Counted from the stretch's first letter, positions 9,488 through 19,267 are shown. The stretch: 64,000 nt of DNA from Bacteroidetes bacterium GWF2_43_63 (GCA_001769275.1 MEOQ01000045.1:129821-193820), one strand, 5' to 3'. A program made the numbers and translations. Notes: generated by a model from the letters alone, not told the origin.

Positions 9488-9618
9488 GCTGTCATTCAGA
9501 GTGTCCGCCATGCTTCGTCAGGCTCAGCACATGGCTGGCGGATGTATCGAAGAAAGGCAGCGGCTTGCTGTCAGCACTTCGATACACCTCGCTTCGCTTC
9601 AGCACTCAGTGTGACAGC
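9488..9618. repeat. Palindromic element bounded by imperfect inverted GCTGTCAYYCWGAGTG termini (REP/MITE-like)
   Basis: Left end is gctgtcattcagagtg (9488-9503) and right end is cactcagtgtgacagc (9603-9618). Internal hairpins include gtatcgaag...cttcgatac, a perfect 9 bp stem. The same termini occur at 14657-14672, 48272-48285, 48299 and 48474-48487. Confidence 0.7.
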
Positions 9619-9626
9619 AATTTTTA

Positions 9627-10202
9627 CTAATATCTTTCCGACACAGCTTCCCAGTCCACCAGCTTCCAGAAGTCTGCAATGTAGTCGGGGCGCCGGTTTT
9701 GCTTATCAAGATAATAGGCGTGCTCCCACACATCGCAGGTGAGCAGCGGCTCCAGACCTTTGCGCATCGGGTTGCCCGCGTTGGATTCCTGAGTAATGAC
9801 AAGCTTGCCGTCTTCATCGGCACTGAGCCATGCCCAGCCGCTTCCAAACAGCGTTGCAGCTGCCTGCGTGAATTGTTTCTGAAATTCTTCAAACGATCCG
9901 AAGTCGCGAACAATAGCATCCATCAGGTCTCCGCTGGGTTGCCCGCCACCTTTTGGCGTAAGACAGTTCCAGTAAAATGTATGATTCCACACCTGTGCTG
10001 CATTGTTGAAAATACCGCCTTCGGCTTCTACTACAATCTGCTCCAGTGGCGCTTTTTCGAAAGGTGAGCCGGGTAACAGATTGTTCAGATTATTCACATA
10101 GGCCTGATGATGTTTGCCATAGTGAAACTCAATGGTTTTTGCACTGATAATAGGCTCAAGTGCATCGGCTGCCCAGGGCAGAGGAGGTAATTCGAATTTC
10201 AT
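9627..10202 (-). CDS. sodB: Fe/Mn superoxide dismutase
   Basis: [36 protein letters not shown]...[10 protein letters not shown] is the classic Fe/Mn-SOD signature. Confidence 0.95.
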   Translation of the reverse strand: MKFELPPLPWAADALEPIISAKTIEFHYGKHHQAYVNNLNNLLPGSPFEKAPLEQIVVEAEGGIFNNAAQVWNHTFYWNCLTPKGGGQPSGDLMDAIVRDFGSFEEFQKQFTQAAATLFGSGWAWLSADEDGKLVITQESNAGNPMRKGLEPLLTCDVWEHAYYLDKQNRRPDYIADFWKLVDWEAVSERY

Positions 10203-10214
10203 AGTATTTGATTT

Positions 10215-10826
10215 TTAAAAAATGACGCCGATGTTAAAAGTTCCCATTACGATTTTTGAATCCGGATCGGTGCTGAGCATGGGTGTCAGTCCGTAACGCA
10301 ATGCGAGATCGAATCGCAGAAACCAGAGGTCCATGCCGATGCCGCCGACTGCTGCCAACGAATAGGGTTTGAAATCATCGGCTTCAATATTCAGTAAAGA
10401 ATCGTTCACGGCAGTTTTCAGAATCGACATAAATTCAATGCCGCCCATAAGTCGGACTGAGCTGCTGCCATCTTCGCTGCTGAAAATTTTCAAACCTGCC
10501 ATTACGGGAAGTGCCATGAAGGTGCGATAGACAGTCGTTTCTACAGTTCCGAGAGAATCAGTAGTCATCATGTTGGCTGAACTCTGACCGAGATTGAGAT
10601 TTCCCTCAATAAATAAATTGCCGCCGTAACGCAGCATGAGTCCGCCTTGCCAGCCAATGCGCGCGCTGGCGTCGGTGCTGTCGAGTTCTGTCTGAAATTT
10701 ACTTAGATTCAAACCACCATGCAAGCCCATTTTCATGGAGGCATTACTGCCAGAGCCATCGGTTTGAGCATGAAGCAATGATGAAACAAAAAGTAATGTC
10801 GCAAATAAAAAGCCTTTGAATTTCAT
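10215..10826 (-). CDS. Small outer-membrane beta-barrel protein
   Basis: Signal peptide ..LLHAQ, alternating amphipathic strands, C-terminal ..GTFNIGVIF (terminal aromatic residue). Confidence 0.7.
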   Translation of the reverse strand: MKFKGFLFATLLFVSSLLHAQTDGSGSNASMKMGLHGGLNLSKFQTELDSTDASARIGWQGGLMLRYGGNLFIEGNLNLGQSSANMMTTDSLGTVETTVYRTFMALPVMAGLKIFSSEDGSSSVRLMGGIEFMSILKTAVNDSLLNIEADDFKPYSLAAVGGIGMDLWFLRFDLALRYGLTPMLSTDPDSKIVMGTFNIGVIF

Positions 10827-10928
10827 AGCGGGATTTTTTACAAATCTAATAAAAAAATGATTTTATAATCTATTTTACCGCAAACTAATTTAAATTTACC
10901 GAATTCTGTTCAATTTGTTGAAAATATT

Positions 10929-10936
10929 TATATTTG
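10929..10936 (+). promoter_or_regulatory. Bacteroidota-type -7 box (TAnnTTTG) for the gene at 10982
   Basis: tatatttg lies 46 nt upstream of the ATG and matches the published Bacteroides sigma-A -7 consensus TAnnTTTG. Confidence 0.45.
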
Positions 10937-10981
10937 GTCAAATTTGTTTTTTCTAATTGTTAATCATTAAACTGTATTCCT

Positions 10982-12409
10982 ATGAATAAGCATGTACTTC
11001 TCCTATTTGTCATTATTTCTTTTACAGTTTCTGTAACCGCCCAACAGGCCACCTTTATCAGGAATTATGGTGATTTGTGTCCCGATTTTGGAATGTCGGT
11101 ATGTAATAACAACAGTGGCGGATATATTTTATGTGGCCAGTCCGAAAGCTACACTTCCGGCGCCATCAGTGCCATTGCCATCAGCATTGATTCGCTCGGC
11201 AATCAGGAATGGATGCAGACGTATGGGGGTTCTGACATCGATTTCGGACAAAGCATTGATAAGACGCCCGATGGCGGATATATTATCTGCGGCTTTACTA
11301 CTAGTTTCGGAGCTGGCGGATACGATATATATCTGGTGAAAACCGATGCGAACGGTAATCAGCAATGGCAAAAAACATTCGGAGGTGCAGGCACCGAATA
11401 TGGGTATTGCGTAAAAACGCTGCCCGACAGCGGATTCATCCTTTGCGGAAGCACCACCAGCTTTGGCGCTGGAGGTACCGATGCCATGCTTATTAGAACT
11501 GATGCGGCCGGAAATACTGTCTGGACAAAATATTACGGAGCCACCGGAAACGACGGCGTATACTCGCTTGCACGCACAAGCGACCATGGTTATGTATTGG
11601 CCGGATACACCTTTAATTTTGGCGCAGTGTCAGACGATGCATGGATAATAGAAACAGATTCTGCCGGAAATCAGCTCTGGGCCGAACATTTCGGAGGCAA
11701 TGGTTCAGAAAGGGCAATGAGTATTGTGCAGGATGTCAATCATGATTTCGTTTTCTCAGGGTATTCAAACAGCTACGGTGGCGGTAGTCAGGACTTCTAT
11801 CTTGTTCGGATCGATTCTGCCGGAACACTGCTGCAGGACACTGTTTTCGGTGGCTTGTCGGATGACAAATCCTTTGGAATTGCTGCTTGTGCCGACCATG
11901 GTTTTATTATGACAGGCCAAACAGAAAGCTATGGAAACGGTGGACTGGACTTGTATGTGATAAAGACAGATTCAGCTTTCAATCAGGATTGGAGTTCCAA
12001 CTTTGGTGGTTTCGACGATGACCAGGGATTTAATATCATGTCCACAAACGATGGCGGATATATTACCATTGGAAATACATGGTCTTATCCTCAGTCTGCC
12101 TGGTCCAATATTCTTGTTGTAAAAATTGATTCAACCGGATTTGCTGATGGAATTTCAATATTCAATACAACGCAATCAATTTTGCGTGTCTTTCCAAACC
12201 CAGCTATCGATTTTATTTCCATTGAAACCGGAATAATCCATGATGGCGTTGCTGTAACCATTTCTGACATGATCGGTCGCGTAGTTTTTGAGCAGGAATT
12301 TACTGATGAAAAACCAATAATTGATGTGTCTCTATTCGAAAGTGGAGCATATGTATTAACGATGAAAACCAATGACACAAGTAGTTCAGGAATGTTTGTG
12401 AAACAGTGA
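10982..12409 (+). CDS. Secreted repeat-rich (propeller-like) protein with T9SS C-terminal sorting domain
   Basis: Signal peptide. About seven repeats of ..GG..D.G.S...T.DGGYI..G.T.S.GAGG.D.YL.KTD..GN..W... The C-terminus (..RVFPNPAIDFISIE..GAYVLTMKT..) is T9SS-CTD-like. Confidence 0.8.
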   Translation: MNKHVLLLFVIISFTVSVTAQQATFIRNYGDLCPDFGMSVCNNNSGGYILCGQSESYTSGAISAIAISIDSLGNQEWMQTYGGSDIDFGQSIDKTPDGGYIICGFTTSFGAGGYDIYLVKTDANGNQQWQKTFGGAGTEYGYCVKTLPDSGFILCGSTTSFGAGGTDAMLIRTDAAGNTVWTKYYGATGNDGVYSLARTSDHGYVLAGYTFNFGAVSDDAWIIETDSAGNQLWAEHFGGNGSERAMSIVQDVNHDFVFSGYSNSYGGGSQDFYLVRIDSAGTLLQDTVFGGLSDDKSFGIAACADHGFIMTGQTESYGNGGLDLYVIKTDSAFNQDWSSNFGGFDDDQGFNIMSTNDGGYITIGNTWSYPQSAWSNILVVKIDSTGFADGISIFNTTQSILRVFPNPAIDFISIETGIIHDGVAVTISDMIGRVVFEQEFTDEKPIIDVSLFESGAYVLTMKTNDTSSSGMFVKQ

Positions 12410-12552
12410 TTTTATTGATTTTTCTCGGCTTATTAATCTTTTGTATTGTTGTGTTTTGAATCCTATTCGTTTTCAATCTGATATACACCTACTATCTGAA
12501 GCTTCGCCAGTTCAAGACCTCAAAAATCATCCACCGCGGCGAATTCGAATTT

Positions 12553-12703
12553 CCTTCATCCTTCAAACTTCCTTGTTCCTTGTTCATGATTCACGAATGT
12601 GTCTTCCCTTCATCCTTCAAACTTCCTTGTTCCTTGTTCATGATTCACGAATGTGTCGTCCCTTCTTCCTTCAAACTTCCTTGTTCCTTGTTCATGATTC
12701 ACT
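12553..12703. repeat. 54-bp tandem repeat, 2.8 copies
   Basis: The unit ccttcatccttcaaacttccttgttccttgttcatgattcacgaatgtgtcttc starts at 12553, 12607 and 12661. There are no unique spacers. Confidence 0.9.
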
Positions 12704-12710
12704 ACCTTTG
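12703..12710 (+). promoter_or_regulatory. Candidate -7 box (TAccTTTG) for the ABC-F gene
   Basis: tacctttg directly abuts the last repeat unit and lies 15 nt upstream of the GTG start at 12725. Confidence 0.4.
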
Positions 12711-12724
12711 CAAAAAATCTCTCA

Positions 12725-14602
12725 GTGAATTATCTCTCCGTTGAAAATCTGACCAAGTCCTACGGCGAAAAGCTGTTGTTTCAAAATATTTCCTTTGGCA
12801 TCGACGAAGGTCAGAAAGTCGCTCTCATCGCTGGAAACGGAACGGGCAAGAGTACGCTTCTTAATATTATTATGGGGCTCGATATTCCTGATTCGGGCAC
12901 GGTGACCATGCGCAACGATATTCGCGTGGCCTATCTGCCACAGGCACCGCAGTTCGATCCGGAGCTGAGTATTCTCGATGTAGTACTGACGTCAGACAAT
13001 TTGTATGTAAAAGCCACACGTGATTATGAGCTGGCTGTAGAGCTTGTCAATCACGATCCATCCTTGGCAAACCAGCACAAACTAAGTGAAGCTACTTCGC
13101 AGATGGATGCTCTTGCAGCATGGGATTACGATTCGCGTGTGAAAGAAGTGTTGAGTCGTCTCCGTATCGGAGATCTGACGCGCAAAATGGGAACATTATC
13201 CGGCGGTCAGATTCGAAAAGCCGCACTGGCACGTGTTCTTATTGATGAGTCCCACTTTGTGATTCTTGATGAGCCCACCAACCACCTCGACATCGATATG
13301 ATTGAGTGGCTCGAGGAGTTTCTGCAAAAGCAAAAAATGTCGATGCTGGTAGTCACGCACGACCGATATTTTCTCGACAATGTGTGCGACGAAATTTTCG
13401 AACTCGACAACTGCAGCATGTATCAATACGATGGAGGCTATGCGTATTTTATTGAGAAAAAGTCTGAACGTGAAGCAGCTCAACGACTCGAAACAGAAAA
13501 GGCACGCAACATTTACCGCACCGAACTCGAGTGGATGCGTAGAATGCCGAAAGCCCGGACTCATAAATCAAAGTCACGTATTGAATCTTTTTACGAACTG
13601 GAAATCAAGGCCAAGCGCCGGCTTGAAGACACCCGACCCGAATTTCAGGTAAAGCAAACCCGGATGGGTAATAGCATTTTGGAAATCAACAATATTCATA
13701 AATCTTATGAGCCGGTTGGAAAAGTGATTGATGATTTCAGTCATATTTTCAAACGAGGCGAACGTGTTGGGGTTGTGGGCCCGAACGGATCAGGAAAAAC
13801 CACGCTGTTTAAAATCATCATGGGGGAAGAACATCCCGATTTGGGCAGCCTGAAAACGGGTCAGACCATTGTATTCGGATATTTCTCGCAGATGAATCCC
13901 GAAATAAAAGAAGGCAAACGCGTCATTGAAGTTGTGAAAGATGTGGCTGAAGAAATTGTGATGGGAAATGCGCCGTCGGTTTCTGCATCGCAGTTTCTGC
14001 AATATTTTGGATTCGATCACAACACGCAGTACAATTATTATTCGAATCTGAGTGGTGGCGAAAAACGCAGGCTGCATCTGTGTCTTACGCTGATAAAAAA
14101 TCCAAATTTTCTCATTCTCGATGAGCCCACGAACGATCTGGACATCGATACGCTGAATGTGCTCGAAGAATTTCTCATTGGTTATCCGGGCTGTTTGCTG
14201 GTGGCCACGCACGATCGCGCATTTCTCGATAAAATTGCTGATCATATTTTTGTGTTTGATGGTAATGGTAAAGTCAAGGATTGTTATTCCAATTACAGCG
14301 CCTATCGTTTGCAGAAACTGAAAGAAGAAAACCTGGAAAAAGCAGCTGCGAAGCCAGAAGAGAAAAGTGTAAAACCAAAGACAACTACCAATAAGCCGAC
14401 CTTCAAACAGAAACAGGAATACGAAAAACTAACAGCAGATATTGCTTTGCTTGAAAAAGAAAAAGCTGCATTGCTTGAATTCATGAACAGTGGAAACGAC
14501 GACCCAAAGAAGCTTACAGAAGCATCGACCAAATACTCCGACATCACAAATCGGCTCGAAGAACTGGAATTGCGCTGGCTGGAATTGAGCGAACTGTTTT
14601 GA
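12725..14602 (+). CDS. ABC-F family ATPase (two ABC cassettes, no TM domain, C-terminal coiled coil)
   Basis: Two Walker A motifs (GNGTGKST, GPNGSGKTT), two signature motifs (LSGGQ, LSGGE) and a K/E-rich tail. GTG start as given by the track. Confidence 0.9.
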   Translation: MNYLSVENLTKSYGEKLLFQNISFGIDEGQKVALIAGNGTGKSTLLNIIMGLDIPDSGTVTMRNDIRVAYLPQAPQFDPELSILDVVLTSDNLYVKATRDYELAVELVNHDPSLANQHKLSEATSQMDALAAWDYDSRVKEVLSRLRIGDLTRKMGTLSGGQIRKAALARVLIDESHFVILDEPTNHLDIDMIEWLEEFLQKQKMSMLVVTHDRYFLDNVCDEIFELDNCSMYQYDGGYAYFIEKKSEREAAQRLETEKARNIYRTELEWMRRMPKARTHKSKSRIESFYELEIKAKRRLEDTRPEFQVKQTRMGNSILEINNIHKSYEPVGKVIDDFSHIFKRGERVGVVGPNGSGKTTLFKIIMGEEHPDLGSLKTGQTIVFGYFSQMNPEIKEGKRVIEVVKDVAEEIVMGNAPSVSASQFLQYFGFDHNTQYNYYSNLSGGEKRRLHLCLTLIKNPNFLILDEPTNDLDIDTLNVLEEFLIGYPGCLLVATHDRAFLDKIADHIFVFDGNGKVKDCYSNYSAYRLQKLKEENLEKAAAKPEEKSVKPKTTTNKPTFKQKQEYEKLTADIALLEKEKAALLEFMNSGNDDPKKLTEASTKYSDITNRLEELELRWLELSELF

Positions 14603-14905
14603 CGCATGCGGCATGCAGCATAAGGCATGCGGTTTACGGCTCAATGCACGCTCACCGCTGTCATTCTGAGTGTTTGAAGTGAAGACCTTGAAATATTAAC
14701 AAGCTTCAAATGTATCGAAGAAGGCGGCGGGATAAACTCCGGGCATGCGGCTCTTCACTGGCGCGGATATGTCATCCGTGACAGTGAAACACATAGCACG
14801 GATTTCATCCCGATCGTTGTAGGGACCGCGCTATGTAGCCGTCTGTAACGATTGTCACCCTGTCACTTTGTAACGTCTGTAACGCGTAACGTCTGATACA
14901 ATTGA
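14603..14905. repeat. Mosaic intergenic repeat composite (GCATGCGGCATG left edge, GCTGTCATTCTGAGTG, GTAACG array at right edge)
   Basis: gcatgcggcatgcagcataaggcatgcgg (14605-), gctgtcattctgagtg (14657-14672), aagcttcaaatgtatcgaagaagg, and ..tctgtaacgattgtcac..tttgtaacgtctgtaacgcgtaacgtctg (about 14862-14902). All of these words recur elsewhere in the window. Confidence 0.8.
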
Positions 14906-14969
14906 TATTTAACAGCTTCAAGAAAATGTAGAAATATGTTTTGTATTTTTACAATCCAACACAACAGTC

Positions 14970-15635
14970 ATGACAGCTATAGCACCGGATACATTGCAAT
15001 TTCTTCGCGAAGTAAAAGACAACAACAACCGCGAATGGTTTGCGCCGCAGAAGCATCGCTATGTAGCAGCTCGCGAAAACATTGGGAAATGGCTCGCAGA
15101 GCTTATTGAGCAAATGAAGTTAACAGATAACCGTATTCTTGCCAACCCGCCGCGCGGTGTAGGCCGCATTTACCGCGACATGCGCTTTTCGCCCGACAAA
15201 ACACCGTACCGCACCTTCCTTGGCGCCATGATTTTTCGCGCACCCGAAGATAGAAATTGTGAGTTTTATATTCATTTCGAGCCGGGAAATATTTTTGCTG
15301 GCGGAGGCATTTATATGCCAGATCCCGCGCAGCTAAAGCTCATTCGCGACGACATGGCCTACAGCACAAAAGAGTTAGATAAAATTGTAAAGAAGCCCGA
15401 CTTTAAAAAATATTTCGGCGAAATTACAGGTGATAAATTGCAACGCGCGCCCAAAGGCTTTTCACCGGATCATCCGGCCATTGAATGGCTGCGCTACAAG
15501 CAGTTTTTGGTGCTGCGGTCTTTCACTGATAAACAGGCGTTGCAGAAAAATTTTCAGGATGAAGTATATAAAACATTTCTTGCAGCCAGGCCCTTGTTTG
15601 ATCACATTGACCGTGCGTTGAATTTTAAAGAGTAG
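14970..15635 (+). CDS. DUF2461 (TIGR02453) family protein
   Basis: N-terminal ..FLREVKDNNNREWF..K..Y.. and overall length match this family. Confidence 0.7.
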   Translation: MTAIAPDTLQFLREVKDNNNREWFAPQKHRYVAARENIGKWLAELIEQMKLTDNRILANPPRGVGRIYRDMRFSPDKTPYRTFLGAMIFRAPEDRNCEFYIHFEPGNIFAGGGIYMPDPAQLKLIRDDMAYSTKELDKIVKKPDFKKYFGEITGDKLQRAPKGFSPDHPAIEWLRYKQFLVLRSFTDKQALQKNFQDEVYKTFLAARPLFDHIDRALNFKE

Positions 15636-15656
15636 TAAACGCTTCACATTTGCTAA

Positions 15657-16226
15657 TTACCTGAGTAGCCAGTTTTCAATAATTTTTTTCCCTTGTGGTG
15701 TCATGATGGATTCCGGATGAAACTGCACTCCATGAATATCGAATTGACGATGTTGAAGTGCCATGATAATTCCTTTTTCCGATATGGCCGTTATCTCAAG
15801 ATCTGCAGGAAAATTGTTTTCTGACACAGCCCAGGAGTGGTATAATCCCGCATCAAATCCGTCGTTCAGCCCTTTCAATAAAGTACATGAACCATTCAAT
15901 ATTTTTACTTTAGCTGTGATTCCGTGGCTGACAGGTGTTACCTGAAAAAGCTCTGCGCCAAACGCACAAGCGATAGACTGATGTCCGAGACAAACGCCCA
16001 GAATCGATGCACTGGTTGAATAATTCAAAATGACATCTCGCAGTAATGGCCTATCTGAAGGCAGTCCCGGTCCCGGCGAAATCATGATTTTACGATAAGT
16101 TGTAATATCAGTGTTATTCAGTTTATCCACCGGCACGACATGCACTTGTATATTGCTGAAAGTCTGCAGCAAATGCACCAGATTAAAAGTGAATGAATCG
16201 TGATTGTCGATGAGTAGGATTTTCAA
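15657..16226 (-). CDS. pabA: Aminodeoxychorismate/anthranilate synthase component II (glutamine amidotransferase)
   Basis: MKILLIDNHDSFTFNLV.., catalytic ..GVCLGHQ.. and ..GVQFHPES.. The pabA assignment rests on the divergent pabB-like neighbour. Confidence 0.85.
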   Translation of the reverse strand: MKILLIDNHDSFTFNLVHLLQTFSNIQVHVVPVDKLNNTDITTYRKIMISPGPGLPSDRPLLRDVILNYSTSASILGVCLGHQSIACAFGAELFQVTPVSHGITAKVKILNGSCTLLKGLNDGFDAGLYHSWAVSENNFPADLEITAISEKGIIMALQHRQFDIHGVQFHPESIMTPQGKKIIENWLLR

Positions 16227-16240
16227 AGCCGGGAATTATT

Positions 16241-16248
16241 TACTTTTG
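16241..16248 (+). promoter_or_regulatory. Candidate -7 box (TActTTTG) for pabB
   Basis: tacttttg lies 11 nt upstream of ATG 16259, inside the 32 bp divergent pabA/pabB gap. Confidence 0.4.
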
Positions 16249-16258
16249 CAAAAGTACA

Positions 16259-17254
16259 ATGAAAAAGGAAGACGCGCAAAATAGCATGAATAGACTGGGG
16301 CAGAAAGGCATTCCATTTCTGTTTGTGCTGGATTACGCCCTATCGGATTGTCTCGTAGTTCCATTGGCGGAAATAGATTCGTCTGAAATCATGTACAATT
16401 TGCAGGGAAAATCCAACGAAAATGCTGTTGTAGAAATTCCGGATAAAATTGAATTTTCCAAAACGCCTGTTTCTTTCAGCGAATATCAGAAAAAATTCGA
16501 CATTGTTTTTCGGAATATTCAGCACGGAAATTCCTATCTCGCCAATCTCACACAGCCCACACAGGTTAACACCAATCTGTCATTGCAACAGCTTTATTGC
16601 GTTGGCAGTGCTAAGTTTAAATTGTATTTCAAAAATCAGTTTGTTGTTTTTTCACCAGAGCCATTTGTAAAAATATCTGACGCAAAAATATTTTCATACC
16701 CCATGAAAGGCACCATTGATGCGGGAATCGAAAATGCCGAACAAATTTTGCTTAATGATCAAAAAGAAACAGCAGAGCACAATACGATTGTCGATCTGAT
16801 TCGGAATGATCTGAGTATGGTTGCTGAAAACGTCACAGTGCACCGGTTTCGATACATCGAAAAATTGTCCACCAATTATAAAACGTTGCTGCAAATGAGT
16901 TCTGAAATCTGTGGCGATTTGCCCGGTGATTATCTGCAACATCTCGGAGACATTGTATTTAAGCTGCTTCCGGCGGGTAGTATCACCGGAGCGCCGAAAG
17001 AAAAAACCTGCGACATCATTCGCGAAGCAGAAGGATTTGAGCGCGGATATTTCACTGGTGTCTTCGGGATTTTCGATGGAAAGATCCTTGAAAGCGCGGT
17101 CATGATCCGCTTTTTTGAAAATACCGCTGACGGCATGATATGCAAAAGCGGCGGTGGAATCACCTGCTTCAGCGAGGCGGCGAAAGAGTATCAGGAGATG
17201 GTTGACAAGGTTTATATTCCGCTGCGCGGCTCTGCTCCGCTGTGCGAAGTTTAA
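16259..17254 (+). CDS. pabB: Aminodeoxychorismate synthase component I (short chorismate-binding enzyme)
   Basis: ..PEPF..PMKGT..AEH..IVDL.RND.. and ..GSITGAPK...RG.YTG..G.. are chorismate-binding motifs. Confidence 0.8.
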   Translation: MKKEDAQNSMNRLGQKGIPFLFVLDYALSDCLVVPLAEIDSSEIMYNLQGKSNENAVVEIPDKIEFSKTPVSFSEYQKKFDIVFRNIQHGNSYLANLTQPTQVNTNLSLQQLYCVGSAKFKLYFKNQFVVFSPEPFVKISDAKIFSYPMKGTIDAGIENAEQILLNDQKETAEHNTIVDLIRNDLSMVAENVTVHRFRYIEKLSTNYKTLLQMSSEICGDLPGDYLQHLGDIVFKLLPAGSITGAPKEKTCDIIREAEGFERGYFTGVFGIFDGKILESAVMIRFFENTADGMICKSGGGITCFSEAAKEYQEMVDKVYIPLRGSAPLCEV

Positions 17255-17314
17255 ACCTCGCACAGCGACGTCCTTTCGCAAGAAAATATTAATTTAGCGC
17301 ATAATTTGTTCTTT

Positions 17315-19039
17315 ATGCTTCGTATCGCATTTTTCCTGCTGTTTCTCAGCATCGTTCCGGCGTTTGCCTGCACAAACCTGATTATAACCAAAGGCGCATC
17401 GAAAGACGGCTCGGTGATGATTACCTATGCCGCTGATTCGCACCGTCGCTACGGATATTTATTTCATTATCCGGCAGCTGATCACAAACCGGGCGCTATG
17501 GTCGATCTCATTCATTACGAAAACGGAAAGTTGCTTGGACAGATTCCTGAAGTCGCACACACTTACAATGTGATTGGTCTCATGAATGAACATCAGGTGG
17601 CCATGGGTGAAACAACCTTCGGTGGACTCGAACAATTACAGTCGCAACCCGGCGCCTTGCCCGATTACGGCTCGTTGATGAAGCTCGCACTGCAGCGCGC
17701 CAAAACCGCCCGCGAAGCCATTATGATCATTGCCGAACTTGTTGAAAAATATGGCTACGCCAGCAATGGCGAGTCGTTTTCGATCAGTGATAAAAACGAA
17801 GCATGGATTATGGAAATTATCGGCAAAGGAAGCTTCGAAAAAGGCGCTGTATGGGTTGCCATGCGCATTCCAGACGGGTATGTTTCGGCGCACGCCAATC
17901 AGGCACGTATCACCACTTTCCCATTTCAAAAGAAAAATGATTGGAATAATCTGAAACAGGAAGTGTATCACAGTCCCGATGTTATTTCATTTGCAAAAAA
18001 GCATGATTTTTACAAAGGATCGGATGCGGCTTTCAGCTTTTCAGATGTCTACAATCCGATTACTTTTGATGGTTCACGATTTTGCGATGCACGCGTCTGG
18101 GCTTTCTTCCGCAAGGTAAACAAAGACATCCGCGATAACCCTGCATTTATGAATTACTCTTGCGGAAATCTTGAATATGGTTGTAAAATGGTTAGTGGAT
18201 GCGATAATCCAAATCTGTTTTGTTCCAATCGGCTTCCGCTCTGGGTGAAGCCTGACGAATTGATCGATATACAATTGGTAATGGCTACCATGCGCGATCA
18301 TTTCGAAGGTACTCCCCTCGACATGCGCGATGGAATTGGTGCCGGCCCCTGGCATTGTCCCTATCGCTGGCGTCCTATGACTTTTGAAATCGACAGCATT
18401 GAATATGTGCACGAACGTGCGATTGCAACGCAGCAAACGGGTTACAGTTTTGTGGCCCAGAGCCGCTCCTGGCTTGATGATATCGTTGGTGGAATTTATT
18501 GGTTCGGTGTTGATGATGCCGATGGTTGTGTGTATGCGCCCATGTATGCAAGCATTTCAGAAATCCCATCCTCTTATGCATTCGGCACTGGATCTATGAT
18601 TGAGTGGAATGACAACAGCGCGTTCTGGATTTTTAATCTCGTCACCAATTGGTGTTACACGCGCTACGACCTGATTCACCCGGAGATTGAGGCCTATCAG
18701 AAAGAAATTGAAAATGGATATTTTGCAAAAACCACCGACATCGATGCAGCTGCAAACGAGCTTCTGAAGAGCGATCCGGAAGTTGCCCGTAAATATCTGA
18801 CCGAATACAGTTGCACGATCGGTAACAAGCTTGTTCAGGATTGGCGTGCATTTTTTTACTATCTGTTCATGAAATACATGGATGGCAATGTGAAGGAATC
18901 AGCCGATCATAAATTGCTTGACAACGGCAACAATAAAGGCATTCCGAAAAAAATTACTCATCCCGGCTATGGCGAAGACTGGCTGCGCCTGATGATGATG
19001 AACAGCGGTGAAAGATACATAGTGCCGAAGAAAGAATAG
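17315..19039 (+). CDS. C69 family dipeptidase
   Basis: A signal peptide is followed by the nucleophile Cys context ..AFACTNLIITKGASKDGSVMITYAADS.. Start set to ATG 17315 (the track begins 9 nt earlier at TTG). Confidence 0.85.
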   Translation: MLRIAFFLLFLSIVPAFACTNLIITKGASKDGSVMITYAADSHRRYGYLFHYPAADHKPGAMVDLIHYENGKLLGQIPEVAHTYNVIGLMNEHQVAMGETTFGGLEQLQSQPGALPDYGSLMKLALQRAKTAREAIMIIAELVEKYGYASNGESFSISDKNEAWIMEIIGKGSFEKGAVWVAMRIPDGYVSAHANQARITTFPFQKKNDWNNLKQEVYHSPDVISFAKKHDFYKGSDAAFSFSDVYNPITFDGSRFCDARVWAFFRKVNKDIRDNPAFMNYSCGNLEYGCKMVSGCDNPNLFCSNRLPLWVKPDELIDIQLVMATMRDHFEGTPLDMRDGIGAGPWHCPYRWRPMTFEIDSIEYVHERAIATQQTGYSFVAQSRSWLDDIVGGIYWFGVDDADGCVYAPMYASISEIPSSYAFGTGSMIEWNDNSAFWIFNLVTNWCYTRYDLIHPEIEAYQKEIENGYFAKTTDIDAAANELLKSDPEVARKYLTEYSCTIGNKLVQDWRAFFYYLFMKYMDGNVKESADHKLLDNGNNKGIPKKITHPGYGEDWLRLMMMNSGERYIVPKKE

Positions 19040-19267
19040 CATGATCTGCTAACGCAGACAGAAGTCTCTTCTCCAGTCGTGAGCAGCGAGCAGTGATCGT
19101 TGCGCTTTTGCTCTCTTCACAAAAGAGCGCTGTTCTCTAACATTTTTGCTGATCATGAAGCTTGAAAACAATATATATTTCAATCAGACATATCATTGTT
19201 TACATTGTTTCGGTCAGTAAATAGATGCTGTTTGTTTGCAATATATTTCGGTTAAGATATTTATTAG

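Noticed and set aside
9472-9495. Longer N-terminus (MTAANNEH) for the S4-domain protein, as given in the track.
   Set aside because: The extension overlaps the terminal inverted repeat of the 9488-9618 element. The shorter 72-aa form matches the length of YbcJ-type proteins. The uncertainty remains.
12553-12703. Possible CRISPR array, suggested by regularly spaced repeats.
   Set aside because: The units are contiguous 54-bp tandem copies with no unique spacers between them. There are no cas genes in the window.
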